A DNA stretch of 64,000 nucleotides from Octopus vulgaris (Eukaryota), in contig OX597835.1 of the NCBI GenBank assembly GCA_951406725.2, positions 10,106,001-10,170,000 of the forward strand, in the 5' to 3' direction. Within the stretch, counting starts at the first letter, position 1. Each line of letters starts with the position of its first letter. The position numbers and the translations under genes were made by a program. Shown in pieces: positions 1-12,978 of this stretch. The notes beneath the pieces were generated by a model. It was not told the origin of the DNA. It saw only the letters and a list, made by a program, of their open reading frames with translations, and searched no databases.

Positions 1-9
1 TCCTCTTAC

Positions 10-152
10 TCTTCTTCTCCAACCGTATCTTCGAAAACGGCCTTAGACAGGGGTACATCCACGAATACAGGGATACATTTTACGGTAGCAAGGAGTGCTT
101 CTTGTCTTTCGAACTTTGATTGTCGATCGGTTAAACCAGAATTGACCTGCAG
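10..152 (-). CDS. Candidate internal exon of an unidentified host gene (143 nt)
   Basis: On the minus strand a T12-AG acceptor ends at 153 and a GTAAGA donor lies at 9-4. One frame is open throughout (LQVNSGLTDRQSKFERQEALLATVKCIPVFVDVPLSKAVFEDTVGEE). No homology recognised. Confidence 0.3.
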
Positions 153-641
153 CTAAAAAAAAAAAATGTCAATCAAATACAATACATAAAAAAATAGAAA
201 AGAACGAAAGCAAAAAAACTAGAAATCGACGTAAAAGCAAAAAAAAAAAACGAAAATAAACGGAAATTTGAAACGATAAAAATCAAAGCAGACCAATATG
301 TGAAAGTAAGATAAAAGAGATGTGTAATGAGAGAAGTTGGTCATTAAGAGAAATGGTAAATCAAATAAATGACATAAATGGTGTGAGCCATAACTTGTGC
401 AGTAACCGAAGTAACTGGAACGGAAATCACAGGGAAAAAAATGGTTAAAATAAAAGAAGAAACAACCTGTCTAGGTGGAGGTGGGGGAAAAAAAGGTTAG
501 TAAAAAAGAGCAACGAAAAGCGAAAAAAATAAAGCAATAATATTTTAACCAAGAATATAACCATAATAGTGAAAAAGAAATCAATGATAGACATACAGTA
601 ATGTGTGTGTGTGTGTGTGTGCGTGGGTGTGTGTGTGTGTG

Positions 642-694
<53 letters not shown>

Positions 695-714
695 TTAGGA
701 GTTAAAACCAGCTT

Positions 715-1455
715 TATAAACATTATAGATCACACGTGCACAATGCACGTATTTTTTGTTTTTTTGATATTCGTAGAATTTGCTGCGGGATAGCGTTTTA
801 AGGGGACTCCCTAATAGGCGCAGGAGTGGCTGTGTGGTAAGTAGCTTGTTTACTAACCACATGGTTCCGGGTTCAGTCCCACTGCGTGGCACCTTGGGCA
901 AGTGTCTTCTACGATAGCCTCGGGCCGACCAATGCCTTGTGAGTGGATTTGGTAGACGGAAACTGAAAGAAGCCCGTCGTGTATATGTATATGTATATAT
1001 ATATGTGTGTGTATGTGTTTGTGTGTCTGTGTTTGTCCCCCTAGCATTGCTTGACAACCGATGCAGGTGTGTTTATGTCCCCGTTACTTAGCGGTGCGGC
1101 AAAAGAGACCAATAGAATAAGTACTGGGCTTACAAAAAGAATAAGTACCGGGGTCGAGTTGCTCGATTAAAGGCGGTGCTCCAGCATGGCCGCAGTCAAA
1201 TGACTGAAACAAGTAAAAGATAAAAGATAAAGATAATAACGCTGGGTGTTAAACACTTGAAAGTCATAGACCAGGCGGTACAACTCACCACGGATCGAAC
1301 CCAACGGTGGTGGGTACAGATATTTCCCCATTTTCGTGGTTTATCAACACCCTGCACTTGGGTTATTAGGGAGTCTTCCTAAATGTTATCCCGCAGCAAA
1401 TCCAGTGAATAAGCAAAATACGCAGATTGTTTACGTATGACCGATAATGTTTATT
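715..1455. mobile_element. Diverged fold-back element (arms of ~100 bp or more) interrupted by a SINE
   Basis: 715-816 (taaacattat...tttgctgcgggata...gactccctaata) is the imperfect reverse complement of ~1363-1455. The SINE at 817-1234 sits inside the left arm. Confidence 0.65.
817..1234 (+). mobile_element. tRNA-derived SINE family A, full length
   Basis: A-box-like TGGCTGTGTGG, B-box-like GGTTCAGTCCC, CORE-like ccttgggcaagtg, internal (TA/TG)n and an AAAGAT-repeat tail. About 11 copies in the window. Confidence 0.9.
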
Positions 1456-1468
1456 TATATATATGTGT

Positions 1469-1787
1469 GAGGGCGCGTGGCTTAGTGGTTAGGGCATGCG
1501 GCTCATGATCGTAAGGTTGTGAGTTCGATTCCCGGCGACGCGTTGTGTCCTTGAGCAAGACACTTTATTTCACGCTGCTCCAGTCCACTCAGCTGGCAAA
1601 AATGAGTTGTACTTGTATTTCAAAGGGTCAGCCTTGTCACTCTCTGTGTCACGCTGATTATCCCCGAGAACTACGTTAAGGGTACACGTGTCTGTGGAAT
1701 GCTCAGCCATTTGCACGTTAATTTCACGAGCAAGCTGTTCCGTTGATCGTATCAGCTGGGACCCTCGTCGTCGTAACCGGCGGAGTC
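1469..1787 (+). mobile_element. tRNA-derived SINE family B
   Basis: A box TGGCTTAGTGG, B box AGTTCGATTCC, ccttgagcaagacactt core. An inverted copy lies at 7853-8162. Confidence 0.85.
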
Positions 1788-1802
1788 TTTAAAGTCTTTT
1801 TA

Positions 1803-1833
<31 letters not shown>

Positions 1834-2231
1834 ATCAATAAGAAATAAAATCGATATTACATGAACTCTAAGCTATATAACATAGACTTAAAGATGGCCA
1901 TAGATTTGAAGAGACAAAAAAAGAAGAATCTAATAGGTAAACGCAAAAAATCTATAGAGTAAACGACTCTGAAAGTAGAAGAAAATTCCATTAAAATACA
2001 TTATTCCAGCAAAGAAAGTTAGAGAAAAATATTTAAATAACAAAATTATGCGAAGAACCCACTAATAAAATTGGAATGGTGCAAGTCTGGCAGACAGAGA
2101 ACAAATAAAAAAGAATTCTGGAGATTTTCGAGAATGGAAAAGAAACATTGCAAAAAAAAAAGAAAAGAAAAGGAAACGAAGTTAAAAGAAAAGCTGGTCC
2201 CTGAGACAGGAATGGATAAATATTGTTTTTA

Positions 2232-2376
2232 TACTCTAGGCACAAGGCCCGATATTTTGGAGGAGGGGGCCAGTCGATTAGGTCGACCCCAGAACGCAAC
2301 TGGTACTTAATTTATCAACCCCGAAAGGATGAAAGGCAAAGTCAACCTCGGGGGAATTTCTAGTGGTAGTAGTAGC

Positions 2377-2433
<57 letters not shown>

Positions 2434-2645
2434 CCTTTCTATTATAGGCACAAGGCCTGCAAATTTATGGTAGGGGATAGTCGATTACATCGACCCCAAT
2501 TTTCAACTAGTACTTAATTTATCGACCCCGAAAGGATGAAAGGTAAAGTCAACCTCGGCGGAATTTGAACTCAGAACGTAAGGACGGACGAAATGCCGCT
2601 AAGCATTTTGGCCAGCGTGTTAACGATTCTGCCAACTCCACGCCT
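2232..2645 (-). mobile_element. Two SINE family D (Meta/MESC-domain-like) copies separated by (AGT)n
   Basis: Minus-strand motif gcctttcatcctttcggggtcgataaattaagtaccag at ~2300-2340 and ~2510-2545. The second copy keeps a tRNA-like head. Confidence 0.8.
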
Positions 2646-4227
2646 TAACGGTTACTTATATACCACCTATGTCTACAATTTCTACTCTACAGTGTTCTGT
2701 GTGTTTAGACAATAAAAGTCGTTCATTTCCTCCGACTTTGTATTCATATAAAAACCATTCTGATCCTTTCCCTGATCCTTTATGCAAACAGACAGAGACG
2801 GAGTGAGCTTTCATTGGCGATAATATATTTTCTCTCTTTGCCTGGTTTTTAACATTTAATCTCATGCTTACACAACTGAATTGGTTGAGACAGTTGTTAC
2901 CTCTCACTTGCAACAAATTTATATTCTGAATAAAGGAATGTAGCACCTGACAAATGGTATTACAGGTGACATGGCATAAGTTATTGAAAGGGCAATATTT
3001 TTGGTCTTGGCAAAGCAAAGCTAGAATTACGAGGCTGATTGTATAGTAGGAAACTTCGATTCTATTAATCCCTGCTTACCAAAGTGGCAGGAGAAATAAC
3101 AATGAAATTTCAAATTAAGTTTCGAAATTGTCGCAGGAGAGAAACACGGGGAGTTCTAAATTGAAGACCACGAGTTACCATATACAGGAATTTGCACTGG
3201 TTCTTTTTTCGCACAAACAGAATTTGGAAGAGAAGAATTTGATGTGGCGCGAATTATATGTTTTCTCTAAACTCAGTTGAGACTCAAATATTATATCGAT
3301 GGGATTTGAACTCAGAAAGTAAGGAACAAAGCTAAACGCTGTTAGATATTAACTTAGTGCACTACTGTTTCTGTCTACTCACCGACCTTAAATCAAGTTT
3401 CTCTTTAATGAAAAGCCATATCCATCTCAGTGGAATGCGAAATGTTAGCTCCTGAAATTGCACCTTTCCAAATGCCTTTCACGGATTCCAAATGCCTTTC
3501 CAAATACCTTTAACGGAGAATGTTATTCTACTATACACAATACTTTTTTGTTGAGTTGTGATTTAGAATTATCTTACAGTTGTTTCAACTTGTCCATTAT
3601 AATCCGTATTCTTTCCCAAGACAGCGACAAAGCCGGCAAAAAAACATGGTAGAAACGAAGAATTTTTAGAAAATAGTGTAACAAAAAACATACTCAAGAC
3701 CCTAAAAACACATAGCAAAAAATATTGGGAACCACTCAACGAAAAAGGTTAGTCACAAACAACGCACCCTACCGAACCAACCAGTGATAAGGATAACCAC
3801 AATCAAGGGGACTAATCCCATCCTGATGTATATAAAAGGAGAACGAGCAGAAAGAGAGAGAATTCTCGCTTGAAGATTGTAATGGCATGAAACTCGGTTG
3901 AAGACAAAAGCAAATTCAGCTTATCACATATTGGGACCTCTCTGCTGCCATACCATTTATAATATATAATATATGAGTGTGTTCATATGCAGAAATATAT
4001 GCGCATATATATATATATATATATATATACAATAAAAGCTGAGATGGTAAATGTTTTTAATTTTCATTCCTTTCATGAGTTTATCCCTTTTTGTGTTTCT
4101 AGCACAACGCTTCCTTATTTGGAAGCCTTTTATTGTATTTCTATACGAATAATATATAGTCTATTAACTAAGTCGTCTTTTGTGTTAGGCCACTGGTAAT
4201 AATAATTTATTTTTTATTATCCTATTT

Positions 4228-4285
<58 letters not shown>

Positions 4286-4288
<3 letters not shown>

Positions 4289-4417
4289 GGGTAAACACAT
4301 AAATGTGAAACAAGGTGGAAAAAGAGTACTCAAATACCAGTGGTAGAGTAATATGCTTTATTTTAAGCAGCAGAAAATTGAACAAATTTTGTTGAATTTT
4401 CTGCTGCTTAAAATAAA

Positions 4418-4420
<3 letters not shown>
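4286..4420 (-). mobile_element. Short hairpin element with a one-sided extension, flanked by (TA)n; PLE pLTR-like remnant
   Basis: Near-perfect palindrome at 4356-4418 (ctttattttaagcagcagaaaatt / aattttctgctgcttaaaataaag). The extension resembles the tail at 32676-32715. Confidence 0.5.
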
Positions 4421-4466
<46 letters not shown>

Positions 4467-4577
4467 TCTATATATATATATATATGTATGTATGCATTCA
4501 TATCTATATACAAACATATATATACATATATATATATATATGTGTGTGTGTATGCATGTATGTATATACAAGAGTTA

Positions 4578-4741
4578 AGGCCAAGGATATATTGATTAAA
4601 GGAAAGCTTACATTGTCGCAAGGAGGTGCATGTTAACGCATGGAAGATTCTATCATACATTCTGATTTGAATCTTCCCTCTGTTAATATGTACATCTTTG
4701 AGACAATGTAAACTTTGATTTAATCCAGATATCCTTGGCCT
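4578..4741. repeat. Diverged inverted repeat, ~73-bp arms with an 18-bp spacer
   Basis: aggccaaggatat...ggaagattc (4578-4650) versus gaatcttcc...atatccttggcct (4669-4741). Confidence 0.7.
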
Positions 4742-5089
4742 GTAGAGTAGCCTGCGATATACACCTCGTTTGGATGTTTATCACTTCTGAGGTTCCGCTT
4801 GCTATGAAATATATCTAGACCGGATCTTATCTTCTCCATTCCTTAATTCTTGTATTCTTATTCGCATACCCGGCAACCCTGGTCGCCTACCGTGAAATAT
4901 AAAAAGAATATTTTTTTTTTTCAATTTACCGTACTTCGATATGAAAAAAATTCTACAACCTTCCATCTCAATGAACCGCTATTGTCCCTGAGAGGTGTTT
5001 TTATATTTAATACAGTTTGCTTGAAGCTAACTTTCTTCCTACACCTCGATCGTCGGATCTTACAATTAGCTATATACACACATATACAT

Positions 5090-5138
<49 letters not shown>

Positions 5139-5465
5139 AACACACATAAACACACACACACACACACATGCGAAAGTGTGTTGTTTGTTCATTACGACTA
5201 ATAATCACTGACTTCATAAAAGAATTCTCTTCCAATTAATAACAAAGTAGAGTATCGTATATCAATTTCTATTTTAGTAAAAACTAAACCATTTGCCAAA
5301 CACCTATCGTTTCATCTCATGATACGTCAGAATAATGAAAAAAAGAAATCAACGAATTCCCAATATATTAAGTTTGTAATAAGTAATATACATGATGTGT
5401 GTGCGTGCCTCTGTGTGTGTGTGCCTGTGTGTGTCTGTGCCTCTCTGTGTGTGTGTGCCTCTGTG

Positions 5466-5509
<44 letters not shown>

Positions 5510-5511
5510 TA

Positions 5512-5554
<43 letters not shown>

Positions 5555-5612
5555 ACGTATATCTATCTATATATATATATGTACGAGTATATATATAATA
5601 TATATATGTACG

Positions 5613-5675
<63 letters not shown>

Positions 5676-5693
5676 TGTGTGTATATACGTTTA

Positions 5694-5930
5694 GGTGCAG
5701 GAGGGGCTGTGTGATAAGTAGCATGCTTACCAACAACATGGTTCCGGGTTCAGTCCCACTGCGTGGCACATTGGGCAACTGTCTTCTGCTATAGCCTCAG
5801 GCCGACTAAAGCCTTCTGAGTGGATTTGGTGGACGGAAACCGAGAGAAGCCCGTCGTATATATAGATATATGTGAGTTTGTGTGTGTGTGTGTGTTTGTG
5901 CTTGTATCCCCAGCATCCATTTGCAACCGA
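5694..5930 (+). mobile_element. SINE family A, 3'-truncated, followed by (GATA)n
   Basis: Similar to 817-1060. Confidence 0.85.
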
Positions 5931-5931
5931 A

Positions 5932-6062
<131 letters not shown>

Positions 6063-6435
6063 CTAAGCTTAATAGTGAAGTACTGATTGATTAACATAGT
6101 GGTATCTCCTCCAGGTATTAATCTGACTGCATTAAGTATTTTATCATATTTAAGACAATAGCACTACTAAATCAAATATGGCTACCCTTATTTCCGGTAT
6201 GGCGTTTCGTTGTACAGTGTCATATGAGTAGGAGAAGGAAAACGGAAAGAGCTGAAGAATGTTAAAAGTTGGAGACCATATAAGTGTACGATATAAGGTA
6301 TAATCTGTATAAAGGGTGAAGTCATTGCTCAATGATTGAAAGATATACGTATGTTCGTGTGTGTGTGTGTCTGCATTTGTACACACACACGCGCGCGCGC
6401 AAACACACACATATATATTTATGTGTGTGTGTGTA

Positions 6436-6649
6436 CAAGGGAGTGCTCAAAGGTTCCTGGTTTTAAAGGCATCGCGAAAGGCGTAGATGTAGGCCCGAAC
6501 ATCCTAGTTCTTTTACAGGGCTTAGAAAAACTGAAGGGCTGCTGCCATAAGTGCGTGAATCTGTGAGGGGAATATGCCGGATAAACTCATAATTAACAGA
6601 TCCTTCCGGATTTTATTTTACCCAAAGCCAGAAACTTTTCAACAGCCAC

Positions 6650-6652
<3 letters not shown>
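6436..6652 (+). mobile_element. mariner-derived MITE
   Basis: Imperfect ~28-bp TIRs (caagggagtgctcaaaggttcctggtttt / aaagccagaaacttttcaacagccactcg) with TA on the left. Internal remnant QGLEKLKGCCHKCVNL*GEY resembles the mariner transposase C-terminus (GIxKLxxRWxKCIxxxGxY). Confidence 0.75.
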
Positions 6653-6715
<63 letters not shown>

Positions 6716-6716
<1 letters not shown>

Positions 6717-6902
6717 GCCATGATAGATCGTTAGCTCCTACACGCATTTTTTCTCTCCTTGTTTTTTCTGTGTATCTTTCTGTCGAAGAGCGTAGGTTCG
6801 AAACGTAAAAGACTTTTTCTATTCCTGAGCGCTATACTAATACATTTGTTTGTTTGTACTCCACCTGCCTTCGTCTTTTGTTTATTTTCGTAAACTTTCC
6901 CT
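6716..6902 (+). mobile_element. Dispersed family F (PLE pLTR-like, variant hammerhead-like motif)
   Basis: Motif gaagagcgtagg(c/t)tcGAAAcgt. Related copies at 15965-16033(-), 24170-24350(-), 59005-59133(+) and 63178-63385(-), with a relative at 59160-59345. Confidence 0.7.
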
Positions 6903-6918
6903 TTATATACATATACAC

Positions 6919-6980
<62 letters not shown>

Positions 6981-7669
6981 TAATGTAACAATGGGCGTAG
7001 TGTTTTTTATATATTTGTATATATATATATATATGTGTGTGTGTATGTGTTAAGAATCACACCGGATGCGGAGGAGGAGAGAAAATAGTAATTCAGTGAA
7101 GGAAAAGTAGTGAGAGTAATAGCCGTGACTGAGAGGGAGTGAGCGGAAGTAATAGCAATGAGAGAAAGGAAGAGGTGATAGATGAATAAGGAAAAGAGTG
7201 GTGAAAGAAAAATCAATGTTTCAACTCTGTGTGAGTATGTGTGTGTGTGAGGTTTACATAATGATAGAGTGTTATAAGCATTAGTGCCGCCTTTTGTACC
7301 TTACGCCTAACACATAAAACTTAATATTTATCTATTTATTATTTTATTTTTATTTTCTTAATTTTTTCTTGTCCTTTTTCTTTATGTTTAGCTTTCTCGC
7401 ATCATATAATTTAATGCTGCAGCCAAACACTTAGCTGAAATACACGTGGGAAGGGCTGTGCATGCGTGTGTCTGTCTCTTTGTCTGTCTGTGTTGTTTGG
7501 TATATTTTAAATCTATTCTTCCCGTTTCCTTAATGTGCATGAAGTCGTGGCACCGGCTACCTGTCGATTCGTTGTGCACTCAAGGGACGTACAAACGAAC
7601 AAAAAAATTATTTAAGTTTATTAGGAATAGAAAAAGTAGGCTCACTGTACCCGAGCTTCTAATGAAACT

Positions 7670-7830
7670 TGATTATGTCGACCAGTGTGCAAAAGGTACT
7701 TATCTTATCGACCCCAAAAGCATGGAAAGCAAAACCGGTCTCGGTAAAATTTGAACTCAGAATGTAAAGCGGAAGAAATATGGCTGTACATTTTATCCTG
7801 CTTGCTAATGACTCAGCCAACCGCCGCCTT
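7670..7830 (-). mobile_element. Diverged SINE family D
   Basis: tatcgaccccaaaagcatggaaagcaaa...tttgaactcagaa matches family D. Confidence 0.65.
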
Positions 7831-7852
7831 AGTTTGTGCGTCATAAACTGGT

Positions 7853-8162
7853 ACTCCGTCGGTTACGACGACGAGGGCTCTAGTTGATCCGATCAACAGA
7901 ATACCTTGCTCGTGAAATTAATATGCAAGTGGTTGAGCACTCCACAGACACGCGTACCCTTAACGTAGTTCTCGGGGAGATTCAGCGTGACACGGAGTGT
8001 GACAAGGCTGGCCCTTTCGAATACAGGTACTACTCATTTTTTGCCAGCTGAGTGGACTGAAATAAAGGGTCTTGCTCAATGACACGACACCTCGCCGGGA
8101 ATTGAACTCACGACCTTACGATTGTGAGCCGAATAACCTAACCACTAAGCCACGCGCCTTCA
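7853..8162 (-). mobile_element. SINE family B
   Basis: Reverse complement of 1469-1787. Confidence 0.85.
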
Positions 8163-8670
8163 TTTGTGTGTCATATAATAAGATGGAGAGATCGAGACCA
8201 ATGGGAGAAAGTGTTTCTCTTGTTCTTAACCAAAGTCTTCAGCAGTGAATTCTCATCGACTGAGATTTCAAACTATGATACATCGTCAATACGCTAACAG
8301 CTTACCTCTTCCTCTACAGCGCCACCTACAAGAAAAAAAATCCTGATATATTCTTTCCCCTGGAGTAAGTCTAATTGATTGCGTGGAATTATTGTAATTA
8401 GATATTTCCATTAAAGAATTTTATATGCTCAATATTGGTCTTTTCTTCTTGTTGCTGTTATTTTCGTTGTTGCTGGTTGTTGTTATTGTTGTTGTTGTTG
8501 TTGCTGCTGCTGCTGTTGCTGCTATTGTTGTAGTTTGGAGTAAAACGTAGTTGGGTGTTCGATCCTTGACGGAATCTTATCTGCTTTAGCCTCAGCTAGA
8601 AAAATACCTTGTCGGCAAAATTTGGAGGTTGAGAGTATGCATAAATACATAGTGTGTGTGTGAGAGTGAG

Positions 8671-8729
<59 letters not shown>

Positions 8730-10109
8730 ACCTTTGCCGATCTAGATGTACGAATAACTGAAACACCAGTGTTATCGATGAAAACACTGAAAACTAGAGC
8801 TATTTCAGCCTGATCCCTTGTTATATTTACTCTGCATTAGATTGCACAGGAAACTCCCCTTATCACTCTCGCATAAAAAACAAATCCACAATGAATGTCT
8901 CCCCCATTATTGTTGCTTTTTGTCGTTCAGTTATTTGATGTCATTCGATGTTACTGCGAAATTAAATCTTTTATTTAACTTGTATACTTCAGAAAATCTT
9001 TCAATAAAATATAGCAAAGTGTTTCTTTACTGCTTCTTCGGGGTTTATTAATGGATTAAACATCATCGTTGCTATTCAACAGAGACATTGTGCAGTGATA
9101 TAATTAATTATGCAAGCCAGCTGCCGCTTGAAACATTAATCAGCACCTGGTTATTTTATACAATATAAATTTAATTGCAATCAAATGTCTTGATTGGGTG
9201 GTACTTAATAGGCAATGATTAGTTTGTCCTTTCAGGGCGTTCCTTCCTGTTTCTATTAAAGATTCATTAGTTTTCTTCTAAATCCAGCCCAGCACATGTC
9301 TTTTCTCATACTCCTCCACTCACAAATATAGGCTTTTCTACAGAAACCCATCAATATTTACCTGCTGCCATTAACTTTGTTTCTCTCTTCTTGTTTCTCT
9401 CTTCTTGTTGCGTATGGTCAACGTATTACGGCCCATTTCCACCCCCTACGACAAGAAACCAATAAAATACTCATTAGCTAATTCCAACATTCCCACCATG
9501 ACATTTTTTAAGAATATTAGTAAAACGTTTGTTTACTTTGTTCTGTATTTTTGATTTCTCTCTTGAGAAGGATTTCGACCGCAATGCAGTGTCATCTTAA
9601 TGCATAGGCACACCACGCAGTTGGCCACGGGTCTCTAGGGGCTAAAGGCCCAGTTTTGATCTATATGTGTTGTTACACTTTAGGGCCCAGTGCAATGACT
9701 TAACCAGGGACCTGTAAATTCTAAGAAGTTTTACCTTTTACTAAATTTTACAGAATTTTACCATTTGCCACTGATTTTGTTTATTGTTAATTTTCCACTG
9801 TCGCGACAAACAGATTCCTAGCAACAATCCTGTGGTTCTGGGTTCGATCACTTTGCATGACACAGACAACGGTCGTCTGCCATAATTTCGATTTGACTCG
9901 ACTATTGTCAATAGAACTGAGAAGATCCTTGGTTCTGAAACTGACGAATAACAAATACGGTTTTGTAAATCAGAAAAGGAAAAGCGGCGCGTGTGACTTT
10001 CTTCAAGGTTTCCAGGACTTGTGGCAAGATGGAAGGATGTTATCTTTCAGCAAGGGACCAGGTCTTAATTCTTGCAACAGAATGGTCTCTGCGAAAGGTA
10101 CCCAAGGAC

Positions 10110-10459
10110 CAGGTATGCTTATATTCTTTTGTAAGCCCAGTACTTATTCTATCGGTCTCTTTTGCCGGAGCGCTAAGTAACGGGGACATAAACACACCAG
10201 CATCGGTTGTCAAGCAATGCTAGGGGGACAAACACAGACACACAAACACACACACACGCATACATATATAAATATATATATATATATACATATATACGAC
10301 GGGCTTCTTTTCAGTTTCCGTCTACCAAATCCACTCACAAGGCTTTGGTCGGCCCGGGGCCATAGTAGAAGACACTTGCCCAAGGTGCCACGCAGTAGGA
10401 CTGAACCCGGAACCATGTGGTTGGTAAACAAGCTACTTACCACACAGCCACTCCCGCGC
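10110..10459 (-). mobile_element. SINE family A
   Basis: Reverse complement of 817-1150. Confidence 0.9.
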
Positions 10460-10558
10460 ACATGATAAGCGCACGTGCTTATGATAAGAAAAAAAACAAA
10501 TGCAGCGATATAACGGAACTTAAGGGAATAAGAAATGAACTGTAGGAGTCAAGAATTT

Positions 10559-10606
10559 CTGTCACAAGTCACAGGTCAGTGGGCAGAGGTTATAGGTCAG
10601 AGGTCA
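10559..10606 (+). promoter_or_regulatory. Period-7 array of AGGTCA-like half-sites (chained DR1 spacing)
   Basis: CTGTCA c AAGTCA c AGGTCA g TGGGCA g AGGTTA t AGGTCA g AGGTCA. Function untested. Confidence 0.35.
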
Positions 10607-11110
10607 CATCATAGTGCCACCGATAGGAAATGAACCATCAACTCTTCCCGCAATGTCAAATGTATCAACTCGCCTAACTTTGAGTTTCTTAATCAGCTTC
10701 CAATCAAAAGACACCTTTGTTTCAATTCTCCTCTTATTTAATTATTCAGGTGAACGGAAATTGTTTCATAAAACATTCAAACATACCCTTTTTTTTTTTT
10801 GTTTTTGTTAAACATTTTTTGAGGGTTTTTTTTTTACTTTGAAATTTTCGTTTTTCTTTATTTTTTTTGTTCCTCTTTTTTTTTCAATTTTTCTTCATCG
10901 TCAATTTCTCTCTCACAACTTTTTCACTATAATTTGGTTCTTTTCTTTGCTACTTTATCTTCTCAACATATTTTTACGGTCTTTCATGTTATTCTTCCAT
11001 AATTCATCGAATTGTATTCTGTAAGCGTGTGCACATATGCATACATACATACAAAAATACATATATATATATATGTATAAATATGTGTGTGTGCGTGTGT
11101 GTGTGTATGC

Positions 11111-11141
<31 letters not shown>

Positions 11142-12221
11142 TGTATGTATGTATGTATGTATGTATGTGTTATTTTGTTTCGTTTCAAGTTTCCCACTTG
11201 GTTTTTTATAAAACCATTTGCGCCATTTGCACAACTTCCAGACCGTTTGTTTATTAAAAAAAACAAAATTTGCTTCAGTAAAATCCCCAGAAGGGGAAAT
11301 TCAGTTCTGCAAATTTTCAAGTTTTCTGTTATTTGTTTTAATACCATTTATTCATATAGTTGTTATTGTTGTTGTTGTTATTGTAGTGACTGTTGCTACT
11401 TCTTTTTTCACATTATTGCTGTCGTTATTGTTGTTGTAATTTAGTACAAAAAAAAGAAAAACACAACGAGAACCTAAAAAGAACATAAAAGCCGATATTG
11501 TTTTACATCACTTGTTTTGTGTCGCTGTATGAGCGTAGAGCTGTGAAGCATTATATCGTTGTGTCCATCTGTCTGCAATTTAGAGTTAACGTGCTTCACT
11601 GATTGGCTGTTATATGTGTTGTGTTTGTAGTTTAACATGTATGTTAGCATGTATAAATATCGAAACGGGGACAATTCTATTCAGAGCGCATGCTTCACTT
11701 CAATATGAGAACGTTTTAAGTTGGTCTACCGTGTATTTATCGATCGTCTGCTTTCTTTAGTCTCTTGTGTATCTATGTCTATCTATTTGTACTAGTTCAC
11801 TACTTGTGTTATTTAAACCTATTTGTCTCTCCCTATGCATATTTTTTTTTCTTTGAGTTCTATTTATGAGATTTCAAGCCGGCCACTAACAAAGCGACAA
11901 GACTTTTTTGAATTGAGAGAGTTCTCGTTGTTTGTAAATATATGCTTCAGTTGATATGTTGGTTGACTATCGATCCATGCACCCAAATATGTGCATATAT
12001 TCATGTAAGAATCTCAAACGGAAAATTTTGGGGAATGTCTTACAAATTCTCCCTCAGCCGCCAATAGACTGGAATGGGAAAATACACGTATGTATATATG
12101 TACGTGTGTGTATATACGTATTGTATATATGTATGTATGTATATCATCATTCAATTTTACTTCAAGATTTCTTGCCAATAGAGACAGAGCCAGAGATGTG
12201 CGTATATATATATATATATAT

Positions 12222-12252
<31 letters not shown>

Positions 12253-12279
12253 CATACATACATACATACATACATACAT

Positions 12280-12330
<51 letters not shown>

Positions 12331-12331
<1 letters not shown>

Positions 12332-12632
12332 CTTTATATATAAAAGTGAAGTTGTGTGAGTGTCTGTCTCCTACGATTTAGATTCCTAACTACTCCCACA
12401 TTTTGCGGTGCAGTTAAACCAAAACCGGGTATCTTATAGTCGTGATTCATATCGAGCCCTTCTGGGTATTAGCACGCGTCTACGATGAGTCTACGATTTA
12501 AAAAAAAATTACCATCATTTTTTCCCATTTTTAATGCATTTTTTGGCTATTATATAAGGGAAGTAACTCTCTAAAAATGCTTATATAGTTATTTCCCTTA
12601 CAAACCCGAGCAACGCCGGGCGATACTGCTAG
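12331..12632 (+). mobile_element. Non-autonomous Helitron family E (302 bp)
   Basis: 5' TC, 3' CTAG, inserted between A and T, subterminal hairpin cccgagcaacgccggg, no TSD. Copies at 39879, 52429 and 53083. Confidence 0.85.
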
Positions 12633-12692
12633 TATATATATATATATATATATATATATTATCCGAAATGTATAGTATTAGATATTCATCAC

Positions 12693-12784
12693 GGCTGATC
12701 TTACCAATCGGTTTCGCGTATAGAATACAATGGAATGTTAGATAACAATCCGATTATATAACGTTACGCTCATCAGAGTTAACC
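12693..12784 (-). ncRNA. Type I hammerhead ribozyme motif (long stem II loop, decayed stem I)
   Basis: Minus strand: CUGAUGA GCGUA...UACGC GAAA CC gauu GG UA agauc. Confidence 0.65.
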
Positions 12785-12814
12785 GATATGAATGGCAATA
12801 TAGCGACTGTTCTC

Positions 12815-12978
12815 TATTATCGGAGGTCAGCAGCTGCTGTGAAAAAAGGTAGTGAAACAAAAAAGGGTCAGGGGATTAGGTTAGGAGTTATGTACCTTCG
12901 TTGGGTTAGCTGTGAAGCCGGGAAGAGTTATCTTGAAGTGGGGAAGGTGGGTATTATTAATGTGGTGCACCTGTAGAT
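12815..12978. repeat. ~165-bp dispersed repeat; second copy at ~16879-17043
   Basis: tattatcggaggtcagcagctgctgtg...gtgcacctgtagata occurs twice with few substitutions. Confidence 0.9.

Noticed and set aside
695-1057. Recurrent ORFs such as RHLPKVPRSGTEPGTMWL
   Set aside because: Antisense translations of SINE family A.
2656-3018. 120-aa non-repetitive minus-strand ORF
   Set aside because: Non-ATG start, weak splice signals and no recognisable domain. Cannot be excluded without BLAST or RNA-seq.
3868-3905. HHR-like cTTGAAGA...GAAActc (similarly CTGATGG...GAAA at ~49985-50025)
   Set aside because: Core or helices are too degenerate to call.
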